DNA of 63,235 nt, the filler included, from Globobulimina sp. (taxonomy: Eukaryota), in assembly GCA_003354225.1 (NCBI GenBank). It is 57 parts of 57 records of this genome, joined end to end, with 100 filler letters (N's around TTAATTAATTAA, not from the genome) between each part and the next. Parts side by side here need not be neighbours in the genome. Positions count along the whole stretch, not along the records: positions 51,126 to 52,135 come from PIVH01025876.1; positions 52,236 to 53,245 come from PIVH01025877.1; positions 53,346 to 54,355 come from PIVH01025878.1; positions 54,456 to 55,465 come from PIVH01025879.1; positions 55,566 to 56,575 come from PIVH01025880.1; positions 56,676 to 57,685 come from PIVH01025881.1; positions 57,786 to 58,795 come from PIVH01025882.1; positions 58,896 to 59,905 come from PIVH01025883.1; 49 more parts are not named here. The stretch is one strand, 5' to 3'. A program made the position numbers and the translations under genes. Every line of letters begins with the position of its first letter. Position 1 is the stretch's first letter. Shown here piece after piece: positions 51,026 through 63,235 of this stretch. The notes under the pieces were generated by a model. That model was not told the DNA's origin, did not search any database, and saw nothing but the letters and a program-made list of their open reading frames with translations.

Positions 51026-51321
51026 NNNNNNNNNNNNNNNNNNNNNNNNNNNNNNNNNNNNNNNNNNNNTTAATTAATTAANNNNNNNNNNNNNNNNNNN
51101 NNNNNNNNNNNNNNNNNNNNNNNNNGGGAATGTTAAAGGGAAAAAAAAAAGCATGAAGGAAGCAAAAATTCAAAAATCTGCTTCGTAATTATTTGTCCAT
51201 GGCACTTATATTTGCTTGCCATAGCCTCATAATGGCTCCATCTACGCCAGGTTATAAAGTAGAATGACAAAAAAACACTGATGATGAAGAATTTCTCTTC
51301 GTTATATATTTAGATAAAAAA

Positions 51322-51543
51322 TTGATGAAAAGATCAATTGAAATCAAAGAATTTTTGCAAAGTAGAAAACGGAAATACACCGTCATACAATACGCAATCA
51401 TTGATGATACAGATCTATTACAAGAATGCAAAGGTAACGATAAAGTAAAAAGTGTGATTGAGGGCCATTTCATACTAATTGATGGGTCCAAAGGCATAAT
51501 GGACAATGATATGCATGACATTATAAAATTGTTGAAGTCCTAG
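51322..51543 (+). CDS. HAD-superfamily (HAD_SAK_2-like) C-terminal fragment
   Basis: RSIEIKEFL..YAIIDD..HFILIDGSKGIMDND..IIKLL. Confidence 0.65.
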   Translation: MMKRSIEIKEFLQSRKRKYTVIQYAIIDDTDLLQECKGNDKVKSVIEGHFILIDGSKGIMDNDMHDIIKLLKS

Positions 51544-52397
51544 AACCAAGATTTTGAGGGTTGTTATTACGGATTTTGAAATGATGAAAAGTTGCTTTTT
51601 ATTATCTTTGGTCAAAAATCTTTCGAGGAATTCAGCTTTCTTATTTTCCCACCACTCCCACCCTGGATTGGTCGATTCGCAGTTATTCCGAATATATACC
51701 GAGTATAACTGTGTAAAGTTTCCCCTCTATATTTTACCAACTGCCCACAGACGTATTTATTGTTAGATTAAGCCTTTCCAATACTCACAGTAAACTCTTT
51801 TATTCCAAAAAACTCCTATAAAAAACTTTTATTTGCTACTATAAAATATATAAAAAGTCACTTTATTGCTTGAATACCTAATAAAATGATTATAAAACTA
51901 TTTTTATTCGCAATGTTATTTTGTAGACCATATGATATTTCATTTTGGTTCATAGAAGACCATATGCATGATTATATGAAGAAAATATTGAATGACTATT
52001 TTAAGGAGACAAAGATATCAAACATTATAATAATATTGATTAATAAACTTACCTTACTCATAAAATTAAGCAACCAATCACAAAAACATGCAAACAAAAA
52101 ATTAAATCATTGCTTAATTATCAAATAATCAGAATNNNNNNNNNNNNNNNNNNNNNNNNNNNNNNNNNNNNNNNNNNNNTTAATTAATTAANNNNNNNNN
52201 NNNNNNNNNNNNNNNNNNNNNNNNNNNNNNNNNNNCGGTATTTCATAACCAACAGCATAATCAAATCCTGCTCCACCTCTGACAATTGGCATGATGAAGA
52301 CAAAGCGAAGTAACGTTTTTTTTATGTATTTAAAAACTAACCGCATCGCATACATTGAAACCAACTGCAACGCCTACAATGAAGCAACTTATTATTT

Positions 52398-52911
52398 AAA
52401 AGTAAAAGAAAAAAGAAAAATATTTATAATATTTAAAAGTAAAATAAAAAAGTAAAATAATTATATTATTTATGAAATGTCATCAATGATTCATCGATAT
52501 CTCATCACCAAATCCGAAATCTAACTGGCACTTCAACTTTTTGTAATCAGCAGATGTTAAAACCCATTTAAACATAAAACCAATATATTTTGGTTGTTAG
52601 TTACAGTTACATTGTCATTTCATATTTTGATGTTGGTTTGTATAAAAGTTTATTACTTTGCTTTGTTAGGTTTGTATAAAAGTTGTATACTGCTCCTGTA
52701 CATAACGATGTCTATTTGCTGTTTTCATGTTATGATTTATAAAAAGTACTAGTTTTATGGTTATGTATGTTTTAAAATGTGCTGAATGCAAAAATTCGAA
52801 GTGCCAGTAAGATTTCGTATTTGGTGATGAGATATCGCTAAATCATTGTGATGACATTAATGACATTTATTGAATATTATAAATATTTTACTTTTTTCTT
52901 TTACTTTTTTC
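52398..52911. repeat. Diverged long inverted repeat (arms about 52398-52590 and 52741-52911)
   Basis: CGATATCTCATCACCAAATCCGAAATCTAACTGGCACTTC pairs with GAAGTGCCAGTAAGATTTCGTATTTGGTGATGAGATATCG. Confidence 0.8.
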
Positions 52912-53140
52912 TTTTATTAATTAATTGAGTTGTTTCTTGTTGAAAAACGTCAGATATGATTATGCAAACCGTTGAATATTTGAAAAGCTGCTGTTGTCAA
53001 AAAACGTTAAGTATGATTAACCAGCTGCCAAAAAGCGTTAAGTATGATTATGCAAAAACGTTAAGTATGAATTAAGCGGCGATAGAAACATTCATCAAAA
53101 AACTAAGCTAGCTAACCATGGATCCATGCCGTCAGCCGCT

Positions 53141-53245
53141 TAGAACTAATTGTAAATTCCACGGGCGAGATTCCCTAGAACTAATTGTAAATCCACGGGT
53201 GAGATTCCCTAGAACTAATTGTAAATCCACGGGTGAGATTCCCTA
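53141..53245. repeat. 34-35-bp tandem repeat TAGAACTAATTGTAAATCCACGGGTGAGATTCCC, three copies, cut by the contig end
   Basis: Copies start at 53141, 53176, 53210. Confidence 0.9.
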
Positions 53246-54455
53246 NNNNNNNNNNNNNNNNNNNNNNNNNNNNNNNNNNNNNNNNNNNNTTAATTAATTA
53301 ANNNNNNNNNNNNNNNNNNNNNNNNNNNNNNNNNNNNNNNNNNNNTACTTTTATTTTTTTTTTCGTGACACATTTTTATTTATAATTGTTGTTTTTTTTT
53401 GTTATATTTTTGTCATTCTGCAGTTAATGTAATTATTTAATAAAGAAATAAAGAATGACAATGCTTACTTTGTTTTTGCAATTTGCTTTTATTTTGTCCT
53501 AAAAAGCTTATTTTTCATTGGTTTTTTTTGTCTTTTTGTTTCAGCCATTTTTATCTAAATACACCTATTTTGTTTTATTTTTTTTTGTGTGTACCGTATA
53601 TGTTTGGTTTATTTTATTGATTGATTGTAGCAAATATTTTATTTATGTTGTCTTATATACTTAATCAAGTTCTTTTTTTCTTGAAATGAAAAATCTCACA
53701 ATTTAATTGCGTGCACTATAGGTTTTAAAGCAAGGTCGATTGGTTGGTTATCTTATGGGAAATTATTATATTCCTGAAGATTTGCAAGGGTCCGTTGTTT
53801 GTAAAGAATATTTGTAAAATTAAACGCAGCAAAAATATTATACAGCAACAGAAACAACAGAAACACCGTCAACATCAGTACGCTTTCCAATGTATTTCTC
53901 TATTCCCTTGAAATTATGCCATAACTGAATGATAAAGCGATAACAATAAAGGTACAATGCATCATCATTATGAAACATTAATGTTTGATTTATTAACCTA
54001 AACTCCGCGGATAATGATTCAATTTGAGATTTACTTGATTTGCATAATATAAATGCATGCCATATACCTCGCTTATTTATACCAATAATATTTGATAAAT
54101 ACAATGTGATTGCATATAAAAAGGACATTCTTACTTGTATTGGTTCCATTTTGTCACTGTAAAGTATAAACATTTCAGTCCAAAAATACATCCATTAACA
54201 TATATATATATATATTTAACTGAAATTGTAATACATATTTTTGTGTTCCATTCTCTTTTTTTCCACATTTCCAATTTAAAGCAGTTCCATAATGATTACA
54301 AAATGCAACCATTGTTAATTTCTTATTTTCTAAACTTGGGTCATAGACATCATCGNNNNNNNNNNNNNNNNNNNNNNNNNNNNNNNNNNNNNNNNNNNNT
54401 TAATTAATTAANNNNNNNNNNNNNNNNNNNNNNNNNNNNNNNNNNNNNNNNNNNN

Positions 54456-55367
54456 TATGAAGATCTAGAAGCTGAATCACATCACCGAATAATAGCAAGA
54501 GGTAATGTAGAAACACCATTGGACACCATACAGGAAGAAAGAACTATTGGTACCAATAGCCCAAATAGCCAAGAGAGCCATGTTGAAGAACTATTAACAA
54601 GAACAATGGAAGAAAGTCGTGCTCGATTGTGGAAGAATGCATATGATCAAATTAACTGTGATGCATCCAAGAAACAAGGAACAGAAGACGAACCATCACA
54701 AGCTGAAGATCAATCAGCACAAATTAGAAGGATAAATGCGATCCTAACAACGGAAGTAATACCAAGATCAGAAAAGAAAGAGAGCAAATCAAAGGCATGT
54801 GGTTATAAATGGTCAAGGAGTCACAAGAAAGGTACCTTATGTCATCAAGGGGAAAAAGACATCCCAGGACCAGGCTATGTTTGTCACAATTGTAACTCTC
54901 CGGGACATTGGCGCCATCTATGCACAGGACAATCAACAACAAATTCAACTGGATCATTATTTCGTGATATTTGTAGGGGAATAAATCGACGAGAATATTG
55001 TCAAGATCGCGATTACCCAATGATGACCAATGAACAAGCATGGCCAAATGTTCCCATGTCGATAGTACGAGAATACCAAGTACAAGCATTGAGAGTGAAG
55101 CGCAAATATCGCCAAGTTCAAGAGGATGTATCAGTAGAACGAACAGAAAAGATACAGGTAACAACAGTCGAAAGATGGCCAGACATATTGTTTTGCAAAG
55201 ACCCAAATGCATGGATATGTGAAGCATGTAAAGAAGAGCGAGCATGCCCATACTGGATAAGAATTTTAGAATTAAAAAATCAAGCGATCGAACAAAATCT
55301 ACAACGTGAATGCGCAAGTAAAGAATTTAGCGATTCACAGCGACTAGATGACCAACAATCCAGATAA
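54456..55367 (+). CDS. CCHC zinc-knuckle protein, possibly gag/ORF1-like; partial
   Basis: PGPGYVCHNCNSPGHWRHLC; intronless, A-rich. Confidence 0.55.
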   Translation, partial: YEDLEAESHHRIIARGNVETPLDTIQEERTIGTNSPNSQESHVEELLTRTMEESRARLWKNAYDQINCDASKKQGTEDEPSQAEDQSAQIRRINAILTTEVIPRSEKKESKSKACGYKWSRSHKKGTLCHQGEKDIPGPGYVCHNCNSPGHWRHLCTGQSTTNSTGSLFRDICRGINRREYCQDRDYPMMTNEQAWPNVPMSIVREYQVQALRVKRKYRQVQEDVSVERTEKIQVTTVERWPDILFCKDPNAWICEACKEERACPYWIRILELKNQAIEQNLQRECASKEFSDSQRLDDQQSR

Positions 55368-56348
55368 TATTAAAAATAGTACAAATTTTAGGTTACTAAC
55401 AAATTTTTATCATTTTTGTATTATTAAATTATATTGATGTATTTTATGTATTGAAGTTTTTTTGTNNNNNNNNNNNNNNNNNNNNNNNNNNNNNNNNNNN
55501 NNNNNNNNNTTAATTAATTAANNNNNNNNNNNNNNNNNNNNNNNNNNNNNNNNNNNNNNNNNNNNTCAATAACATATTATTCATGGGGATTTCCCTCAAT
55601 TATTATATCGTTTGTTCCATTTCAAAATACCATATGGCAAGAAATTAGAAATACGTACGGCAAACCTTAAAGTAGAGCGTCTGTCTTTGTACCAATTGTG
55701 CTGTAAATACCATTAATTTGCAAACACAATATGGACAAATAGGAACAATATACTGTCAGATAGAAACAATATAAGGTCAAATGGAAACAGTATTTGTAGA
55801 CTTGTACATACAACAGTATTGTTTCAGTTGTACATACAACCTTGTTTTAGATTTATTGGATGGCTCCGAAATTTCTTGCCAAAATTATTATTATTTCTAC
55901 ATTCATATATAACACCTCCACCATTTTGTGTATCCATACACGTATTTATTAAATATAAATGTGAATCATAATCTGTCTCAGACACGGAATCAATACTGCA
56001 GCCATCCTCCGCTTTAAAAATAATTAATTGCATATATTGTTGGTCTGAACATGTTTTTGCATCACAATTATAAGCAATAATATCAGAGTTATTTCCAGTG
56101 CAATGCATCGATTTTTGATAGTATGAATATTCAATCAATCCATACTCTGTGCAATACTATCATTACATTCATGTGAATTGCGCCACCATTTTATTATGAT
56201 CGGATCATTGTTTTGGTGTGTAGAATTAATTTAATTAATCATGGGTTGAAATTTTGCATCAACGAATCGCATCAAGTTGGCTTATTTAACATATAACTTT
56301 ATTTTATTACAAGTTTAGTTTAATTATTTTATGGATTAACTCACGATT

Positions 56349-56575
56349 CTAATCTAAACTCAGCACTTTAATTTGTATTGCATCATATTTCGGAGAATGT
56401 TCATATGCAATGGCAGGATAATATGTATTTGGCTGAACCATAACACTTCCACCAATTTTATTTGAATTAATATAAAACGATAACTGCAACTTATTAAAAT
56501 CAACTCTCATTAAAATGGTTTCGTTTGGGCATAACTGTTTGAATCCCATTCAGGAAACAGTGGTTTTCGTGTTGC
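56349..56575 (-). CDS. SPRY-like C-terminal fragment
   Basis: ILMRVDFNKLQLSFYIN..YYPAI. Confidence 0.6.
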
Positions 56576-58034
56576 NNNNNNNNNNNNNNNNNNNNNNNNN
56601 NNNNNNNNNNNNNNNNNNNTTAATTAATTAANNNNNNNNNNNNNNNNNNNNNNNNNNNNNNNNNNNNNNNNNNNNTGGTAAATTGGAAGATATTTTAATG
56701 GAATTATTTAGTCAAAGCACATTAGAATTCATTTCAATTAAAATTAGTGAGGATATGGAACCATGGCCAATAATGAAAGCGTTACAAAAAGTATCATTTT
56801 CAAAACGAAAAAGGTTAAAAATAAGGTTAGAAATTGCAGAAGTCGGAGAGAGTAGAAATGTAAATGATTATTTTGAAATTTTAGAAAGTAAATTTAGTAA
56901 AGATGGTGTTATCAATGATTGGATGGTAATATTTATTGGACCCAAAGTGCAATCAGTTAAAACTAATGAAAAATGTAAAATTAATGGTTGGAGAGAGAGA
57001 TGGTTATATTTTTGTGAGTGTTGTGATTGTAATACATTGAATTTGACACCTAGCTCTTTAGTCATTTGACACCAAACAAATTAAGTTATTGCAAATTGAT
57101 TTCTTATATAAGTTTTGAAGAATTATGATCATAATAAATAACTGCTACTCCGCCAAAAGTTATAGATTTCATTTAATATCTCTCCGGGCGCAGACTGTAA
57201 AGTTAATGTTGAGATGGATATTGGATAAGCTTTTCATTTAATTAACTCGTTTTCACTTCAAGTGGCTTTCTCGACATGCCATCGCACACCAAATGCAGGC
57301 CTTGTGTGGGATATGTTATTGTTGTGTTAATAGTAGCATATATATTTTTATATGGCCTTACACCGTCGAATCATTCAACGATTCGAGAGAATGTGGTCTA
57401 TAATGATAACGCCCGAATTGACACTGCCATGGCCACTATATCCAATTGGACCATATCAAAACCTAGAAATGTATCAATTCCACACATGAAATATATCAAA
57501 TACTATTTTATGAATCTATTCTGTTATCTATTACCAATATCTGTTACCATATCAAATATCATATCTAATACCAATAATGCTGTGGTGATGATTGCTCATT
57601 GGATTACAACAATCAACAATGCATGCATTTATAATCAATAACTGATGCACTGTTTTATTTTAGGATTTAGGATTTTAGCTGATCTNNNNNNNNNNNNNNN
57701 NNNNNNNNNNNNNNNNNNNNNNNNNNNNNTTAATTAATTAANNNNNNNNNNNNNNNNNNNNNNNNNNNNNNNNNNNNNNNNNNNNTGTATAATACATGTA
57801 CAATATGCATGAGTGCAAGGATGTATGTATTCTAAATGTTTCCTAAATGTTTCCATGTGCATAATTATTATCCTCTCCTCTTATCATCATCATCATCACC
57901 ACAACAACAACATAATATATTAAAAAAGCATCTGCATAAACATACTACAATACTAATAATGCTTAAAATAATCAAGATTGCCATCTATTCATATATAATA
58001 TATAGACTGTGTGATTGATGAATATAATAAAAAA

Positions 58035-58277
58035 CTAAACGATTAACCAAAACCACCAGACATATGAACATGAACCACAATTTCTACAATCTGCGGTTGT
58101 TATATAAGCAGGCTGACAAATCACACACCCAGAAAGATTACTGGGTGTAATGCATTCATCACAAAAATATTCATCATCACTTGTGCCATCACATTGTGTC
58201 TGTCCATTCACGAATCCAATGTAGACGCATAAAAATAATGTAATACTTGATATTATCAATTGACAATCGATTTTCAT
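58035..58277 (-). CDS. Small Cys-rich secreted or anchored protein
   Basis: Signal-like N-terminus, multiple Cys, hydrophobic C-terminus. Confidence 0.5.
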   Translation of the reverse strand: MKIDCQLIISSITLFLCVYIGFVNGQTQCDGTSDDEYFCDECITPSNLSGCVICQPAYITTADCRNCGSCSYVWWFWLIV

Positions 58278-58398
58278 GGCAATGATGTAACTTTTGTAGA
58301 AACAGTTGGATAAATCCGATAAAATAAATGTTACAAGAATCAATTGGAATAATTTGGTGTTTAAGTCAGTTTAACTCAAAAATATTTCATTATTTTGT

Positions 58399-58795
58399 CT
58401 AGTCGTCAACAGAAACTCCACCACTGCCTTTTCTGCGAAAACTATCTCTACAAACACGATATTGATCTTGTATATAATACATAGAAATAGCTCTCAATAG
58501 TCCTCCTCCTAACACTTCCGTCATTGTATCCAACAAAGAATGTGTTATCCCAAATCCAGCAGTTTCATTTTTCAATAACCATCCTTCAACACCCCATGAT
58601 CGATTATATGTTCCTTTTTCAACCATTAACATCATATCTCGTCCAACCTCATCAGGCTCAAATACCTCTGCCGCTGAACTTAAATCTTTAACACTCTGTG
58701 GAATATTCGCTCCTTTCTCCTTTTCAAATGATGGCGTTTTAACATCTGGCGGATATACAATTGATGTATAAATATTCATTGCAGCCAATTCTGCA
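58399..58795 (-). CDS. 3-ketodihydrosphingosine reductase (KDSR/TSC10-like SDR), C-terminal part
   Basis: ELAAMNIYTSIVYPPDVKTPSFEKE..IP..FEPDEV..GVEGWLL. Confidence 0.8.
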
Positions 58796-58895
58796 NNNNN
58801 NNNNNNNNNNNNNNNNNNNNNNNNNNNNNNNNNNNNNNNTTAATTAATTAANNNNNNNNNNNNNNNNNNNNNNNNNNNNNNNNNNNNNNNNNNNN

Positions 58896-59091
58896 CGAAT
58901 GTTTGGGGAGACCGGTGGTGAAGGATTGGTTCAATTGGTTTATGGACCAAGACGTTGCGGGCAGTGTTAAGATATTTAAAGGGCTCACGTTTCAGACTAT
59001 TAAGGATTGCGGACATACCATTCCTACGTATTGTCCTGCTGCGGGCTATTTGTTTTTTGAACAATTTAAAACTGGACAGTATAGTGGGTAG
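58896..59091 (+). CDS. Serine carboxypeptidase (S10), C-terminus
   Basis: WFNWFMDQDVAG..LTFQTIKDCGHTIP (catalytic His region). Confidence 0.85.
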
Positions 59092-59240
59092 TTTTGGGTA
59101 GTTTTGACATAACTTTTAAACTTTATCCTTGCACTTTACGTACAGTGTATACTAAATAATTCAAAGAATAGTATTAAAAACAGATTAGGTCACCCAAGTC
59201 ACTAACGCCAGTATTTTATTAGTAGTCAACAGTCATTCTC

Positions 59241-59905
59241 ATGTATTTCCTTGTTTTGATTACTGTGCTTATATATGTATACATGATAATATATACAAAA
59301 TCTGATATTAAACAAGAAGACGTTGAAAGAAACGCACTCAAAGATTTATATGCTTCTGCGAATGGACCGAATTGGAAATATAAATGGGATCCAGCAGTGT
59401 TAGACAATGGAAATATTTGTGATTTGAGTGGAGTGTATTGTACAATGTCGAGAGTAACAGGTTTAAACGTAGCGGATAATGGATTGATAGGAACTGTTCC
59501 CTCATCCATTGGTAATTTAATACAATTGACTGGTTTATATTTATTCAATAATAAACTATCAGCAACTATTCCATTATCAATTTGCAATTTAACACAATTA
59601 ACTACGTTACAATTATACAATAATGAATTTTCAGGCAACATTCCATTATCCATTGGTAATTTAATACAATTAAACCGTTTGAGTTTATACAATAATGCAT
59701 TAACTGGGAGCATTCCACCATCCATTGGCAATTTAAAGCAGATAGATCAGATAATGTTAGATCGCAACAAATTATCGGGAGTTATTCCACCATCCATTGG
59801 TAACTTGACAAAATTGTTTTATTTGTATTTATCTGATAATGCATTATCTGGCAACATTCCACCATCCATTGGCAATTTAAGACAATTAAATCGTGTCATG
59901 TTGAA
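59241..59905 (+). CDS. Extracellular 24-residue LRR protein with N-cap, 3' partial
   Basis: ERNALKDLYASANGPNW cap; repeats LxLxNNxLSGxIPxSIGNL. Confidence 0.92.
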
Positions 59906-60005
59906 NNNNNNNNNNNNNNNNNNNNNNNNNNNNNNNNNNNNNNNNNNNNTTAATTAATTAANNNNNNNNNNNNNNNNNNNNNNNNNNNNNNNNNNNNNNN
60001 NNNNN

Positions 60006-61015
60006 AAATGCAACAACATTCTGCCACTTCCAGGTATGCATTGGAGTGGTTATATCCAGCTCAGTTTGCCCGGCATCTTGCGAATAATTATAATTTTTTC
60101 TACAACAGCTGAATGCTGACGATATCAAATCATATTCGAGTTTGTATTTTGCAATCCATGCTTGCATAGAGTGTCGATGTTGGATATTATACAACGCATC
60201 TTCGGGCTTTATATGACTGTCTCTCTTCTTCTCCTCTGCATATTGCATGTTTACATTTGGTGTTTCTTTTTTTTTGAGCATAGATTTGGATAAAATAAAG
60301 TCATCGGATAGATCCTGTAGAAAATGTTGGTGTTGTTGTATAAAAATGTGTGCCGCATCCCTTTGCTTTGCGAGATTAATACTTTGCCCATTTTCTATTT
60401 TTTCGGCATATTCTAACCATTTACACCATTGTTTATGCATTGAATTATGTTTTTCAGTGTATGTTGAATTGTATAATAGATTTATTTTGGCGTGGTATAA
60501 TTCGAAATCTTCATCTCGATCTACATTGTATTCTTGACATCGATCAAAGAAACAATTCCGAAGATTTTCTGCATTGTTTGTATGGAATGGAGAGTTTGAA
60601 TGCAATAAATACGTGATTGCAATTTTTAACCTCTCTAAAATATCTGCTATCAATTCTGTTTCATGCACACTGCTTTGTTTATTATTTAATTTCTTTTCTT
60701 CATCGTAGGACGTATTAACTATTTCACATATATCTGCCTCATTGATTTGGAATGTGTCCGCCGTGCATGTGCATGTCGGGTTACTTTGAAGATTTAAGCC
60801 AGCCGTTGATGCAGAAACTTCTAGATGGTTTTTTGAATTTGGTGTTGGGCAAAATACGAGTTCGGAGGGTTCAAACAGTGCATCTATTTCTGCCATTGCG
60901 TAACCAATGGACGAGGTTGGTGTTGAAGTATGCGCATGTTTGGCATGTCCTTGCGACATGATGTCTGATGGTGAATTGATCATGGGAGATTCCTTAACTG
61001 TGGATGCTTTTAGTG
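60006..61015 (-). CDS. Hypothetical protein, partial
   Basis: >320-codon open frame; no recognised motif. Confidence 0.55.
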
Positions 61016-61157
61016 NNNNNNNNNNNNNNNNNNNNNNNNNNNNNNNNNNNNNNNNNNNNTTAATTAATTAANNNNNNNNNNNNNNNNNNNNNNNNNNNNN
61101 NNNNNNNNNNNNNNNGTTGAAACTTATGCTGCTACTGGAACGGCAACTTTACATGAG

Positions 61158-62125
61158 ATGGTACGGAGTGATAATTTGGACCAGTCATTATTTTCTCCTA
61201 TTGATTTACATCATCAGTATTGGGAAACTGGACCAACAACATCACCAGATCGAAGACACTCGATGGAAAGATCTGAACAACCATTAGAACAACGCACTGA
61301 AGAACAGAGAAGAGGAGCTGTACAACGTAGACAACGAGCAGTGCGAGAACTGGCAAGTGATCGATTGACAACAGTACCCAATGTCTTGAATAGTGTTGAT
61401 CAGAATGGTCTTATTGATGATACCCGGAATTTGCCTGACAGTAGTGACTTATCTCCAGACACAGATGATCTGCGTGAAGTTATGATACAAGCAAGACAAC
61501 AAAGAAAGAAGAACAGTCAGACTGTATGTAGACCTTCAGAAGACACAGTTAACTTGAATGGACCAAAGCCACCCCCACCAGATCAATCATTGTTGGTACC
61601 TGAACCTATAGTGGTGAAATGTCATCCGTTACCCGATGCATGGAAGAACGTTGAGTATGTTCCACCGCCTGGTTGTATTAGAATTTGTGGTGTGATATTT
61701 GGACCATTACCAAAAGAGTCAAAATACTATAGATCGAACAAGATTAAAGCGATTCGAGAACAAATTAAAGATGCAATATTATGTTATATGGATGATAAAA
61801 AACCGACACAATATCGGATTGATGCTTATTATGTTCTGAAAGGTTTTGGAATTGATGCTTTTGAGTTTAAGGAAGAATTTGAACAAATGACCAAAAATCA
61901 CAGAGAACACCTTATGGATATTTATTTAGGGACAATGAATCTTCAAAAGTTGCCAGAATTATCACCTGAAATGGTACATCGAAGGTCCATGCAGTTACAA
62001 AGTAGAGTACGACCGCGAACTCCTGAACCTACTATTGCTGAAGAAGAACTAATGCAAGAAGAACTAAATATGCCTTGTTTATTGCCACTTCAAACCTTGT
62101 TTCCAGAAAGAACACAGAAAACTAC
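61158..62125 (+). CDS. Hypothetical Pro/Arg-rich protein, partial (possibly a mobile-element ORF)
   Basis: >320-codon intronless A-rich ORF; no recognised motif. Confidence 0.5.
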
Positions 62126-62225
62126 NNNNNNNNNNNNNNNNNNNNNNNNNNNNNNNNNNNNNNNNNNNNTTAATTAATTAANNNNNNNNNNNNNNNNNNN
62201 NNNNNNNNNNNNNNNNNNNNNNNNN

Positions 62226-63015
62226 GATATAAATAATATATTCCCCAATTCTTCTTCAAAACATCTGATTTTATCGAATAATTTACAGAAAGAAGCAAAC
62301 ATAAACAGGCCCACAAAATTAAAAATATATAAATCCACAGCCAATCTTTGCACTTATTTTCGCCATCATCCATATCATCCAATATGTGAGCGGAAATGAG
62401 CGGTGTTTTGGACAATGCATCCATTCGAATTGAATGATGTTTGGATTTTTTTTGATGACAATAAATTACAATATGCAAAACAATGAATGTAATCAATGGC
62501 ATAAACATTGGTAATAAGGTGTTTAATGTCAATATGAATGGAGTGTTTGAACGACATTTAAACACTTTAGCACATAAATATTGGTCCTCTGGGAATACAT
62601 GGATTTTGTGCAGGTCTTTGCGATGATGGTAATAGGATAAAATGAGGATCAGTGTGGATGTCAGGACAATGTTTAAAATAAACCAAATAAATATTATCCA
62701 TTTCTGCAGTGAGTGATAGTTGACTAAGTTGTATTTATTGAAGAATATAAACAATCCGCACAATGATGATTGAACTAATACTCTCCAAATATCATCATAA
62801 TAATATACTTGGTGTTGATTGAAGTACCAATCATTGTAACTCAACGATAAATGTTTAAATACATATCCAATGGATGTGAAAAATACGCATCCCAATATTG
62901 CAAGGATTGTAAATGTAAATAACGAACAAAATGATGATACATTTGATATTTGAGATATTGATGACTTGGATAGATAGTAAGAATAGTTGTCATTGTTCAC
63001 CGGAAATGAAGGCAT
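62226..63015 (-). CDS. Multi-pass membrane protein, 3' partial
   Basis: Five or more hydrophobic helices after an ATG start. Confidence 0.65.
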
Positions 63016-63235
63016 TTCAGCTTTTGTTTTTGCTAAAAAATACTAAATATCATAATATACAGTATACATATACAATATACAAATACAGTATACTCTTTAC
63101 ACAACATACTGACGAAAATGCTGAATGTTACAACTAAGAGACGTGCAAAATACAAGAATAGCACACAAATGGATGTTTCTGCAATTAGATTTACACAGAA
63201 AAGTATTAATGATACATTTAGTAATGGAACACCAA

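Noticed and set aside
53141-53245. 34-35-bp repeats as a CRISPR array
   Set aside because: Head-to-tail copies with no unique spacers and no cas gene
57658-57680. Telomere-like TTTAGGA units
   Set aside because: Only two to three imperfect copies

Overview
This window is not one locus. It is about 57 unrelated contigs of ~1.01 kb joined by an artificial N44-TTAATTAATTAA-N44 linker (stops in all six frames), so nothing can be inferred from neighbourhood across linkers. Most contigs are AT-rich eukaryotic genomic DNA with short (46-72 nt) GT-AG introns. The gene families (7TM-RGS, G-alpha, SAM/U-box, SAM-Ubl, FN3-SPRY, MATH, HSPA12-like, EF-hand, GPS-domain) suggest a protist, most plausibly a foraminiferan/rhizarian (inference). 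Co-amplified DNA is also present: bacterial TraH, SecF and ExbB/ExbD scraps, and a BEL/Pao retrotransposon gag. Several contigs are chimeric, as expected from whole-genome amplification. The strongest signal is not visible in the ORF track. Two separate contigs (6673-7684 and 27796-28594) each encode a divergent Polinton/Maverick (adintovirus-type) major capsid protein split by several tiny spliceosomal introns at non-shared positions, and both splice to stop-free frames. Also notable: an apparently eukaryotic NnrU gene, a formate/nitrite transporter exon, a spliced G1-peptidase-like gene, a TFIIS-like zinc ribbon with an internal TAA, and several foldback/MITE-like elements. All family assignments come from motif recognition by eye; no database search was run.
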